Assembly: GCA_036172245.1 (NCBI GenBank) | Contig: JAYWIR010000072.1 | Coordinates: 124,001-188,000, forward strand | Source of the DNA: Raillietiella orientalis | Lineage: Eukaryota | Length of the DNA stretch: 64,000 nucleotides | Direction: 5' to 3' | Shown: in pieces, positions 62,851 to 64,000 of the stretch | Position numbering within the stretch: the stretch's first letter is position 1 | Layout: each line of letters starts with the position of its first letter | The notes under the pieces: generated by a model | What the model was told of the DNA's origin: nothing | The model's database searches: none | The model's input: the letters and a program-made list of their open reading frames with translations, nothing else | Program-made: the position numbers and the translations under genes

Positions 62851-64000
62851 TTTATTGGCCCACGCTTTTTACAGAAATGTTTGCCCTAGGAGGGTGAATG
62901 AACTGTATCTATGGAGGGTCTGGTTTTACACACACACTGTTTTCACACTAAATTTAAAGATCTTTGAGGTCAGGGAAAGCCGCACAACACCAGGACGAGT
63001 CCACCGCTGGTGATAAGGGGGCTCGAGTCGTCGATCCGGTGTCCGTCGACGGTCTGCTGGTGGTATGGTCAAAATAGATGTCCCGATCTGCCCGGATCAC
63101 CGAGCACACGATCTCAGGGCGAAGCGCCTTTATTTCTGTGTTGCTCAGGCCCAGGCAGCTGAGGACTGCATCGTTGTTAGGGTGCCAGCTTCCTAGCGAC
63201 CCTACAACGAGTGCATCCACCTTGACCATCCTTCCCTGCGCCTCGTAGTCTCTCTGCAGCACACGGTATTTGGCTATCTTGTTGGCTCGGGCAGTCTCCA
63301 GTGACGCTTGTCTGTTCTCGAAGGGGACAGTCACGTCGACAAGGATGATGCGTCGACCATCAGATGCCACGATATCCGGGCGTAGGGAGCTGTTGATGGC
63401 GGGGTCGGAGCGGTCGATCGGCAGCTCAGGCCATTTGGGTCTGATTACTGGTTCAAGGGTGTTCAGGACCGCATTGTTCAGGACCGCCCGAGGATTCGTG
63501 TTCCCAGGTGTCTGGTGCATTGACACAGCACGTGGGCTAATGTTTCTTTCGGGTAGGGGCAGTTTCGGCATGCCTCTTGGAAGCAAGGGCGCTTGCGGTT
63601 CCCATTAAGAAACAACGGATTTAAGCGTGCCCGGTGTAGGAATCGCCAGTCACAGAACCTTATCAATCGACTGTTGTCGAGAAAAGACATGGACGCAGGG
63701 TGCAGCGCCACGCAGTCGATGATTCGGCCTTGATCTGGTTTGTTTCGCAGGCGTTCAAGTCTCTCCAACCTACGGATGCCCCGTATAGATCTCGCCACGA
63801 TCTTACGGTCAGCCTCACGTAGTGTCTTCCCGGAAACCTCTATCGAGGCTTGGCAGTCGGATATACGCCAGCAAAGCGCTAGGCGCTTAGATGCTTCCCG
63901 GGCACGGGACCAAAAGTCTGCGGGGTCGCCAGATGGGAGGTCTAGAAGGGGTGTCAATTCCCCGTTGAGGTACCTGGCGATTAGTTCCGAGGTGGGACTC
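62851..64000 (-). mobile_element. RLE retrotransposon subfamily A, 3' end joined antisense to 28S
   Basis: DWRFLHRARLN, CRNCPYPKETLAHVLCQC, LRPDIV, VVGSLGSWHPNND; terminus (rc) aaaaagcgtgggccaataaa|agttactccc. Confidence 0.93.

Noticed and set aside
1..64000. CRISPR array or prokaryotic RT defence system (retron, DGR)
   Set aside because: No regular repeat-spacer array or cas genes; all RTs have eukaryotic non-LTR architecture.

Overview
Eukaryotic DNA, probably from an invertebrate animal (metazoan-type 28S rRNA; host not identifiable from this window), with no recognisable intact host gene. The window is a patchwork of: (1) many decayed or truncated RLE-type non-LTR retrotransposons of the NeSL/Utopia/R5 group (at least three subfamilies), repeatedly joined in ANTISENSE orientation to 28S rRNA fragments near the R2 target, plus Tx1/L1-like fragments; (2) endogenous viral elements, namely a multimeric CRESS/circovirus-like insert with an intact TAGTATTAC stem-loop origin and a nearly intact qinvirus-like nucleoprotein ORF embedded inside a retroelement RT gene; (3) a ~7.5 kb mosaic of short, decayed fragments of unlinked Rickettsiales-like genes (rpoB, yebC, grpE, spoT, pdhC, ligA, polA, ileS, pepP, acrB-like, terC). 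The locus is strand-polarised: retroelements and viral rep read + on the left (1-16 kb); retroelements, rep and the N gene read - on the right (27-64 kb); a diverged inverted repeat (15.6-19.8 kb vs 33.3-39.7 kb) flanks the centre. Working hypothesis (inference): a retrotransposon-built archive of foreign sequence resembling a bidirectional piRNA/siRNA cluster. Boundaries of decayed features are approximate and family calls come from motif recognition by eye, not database searches.
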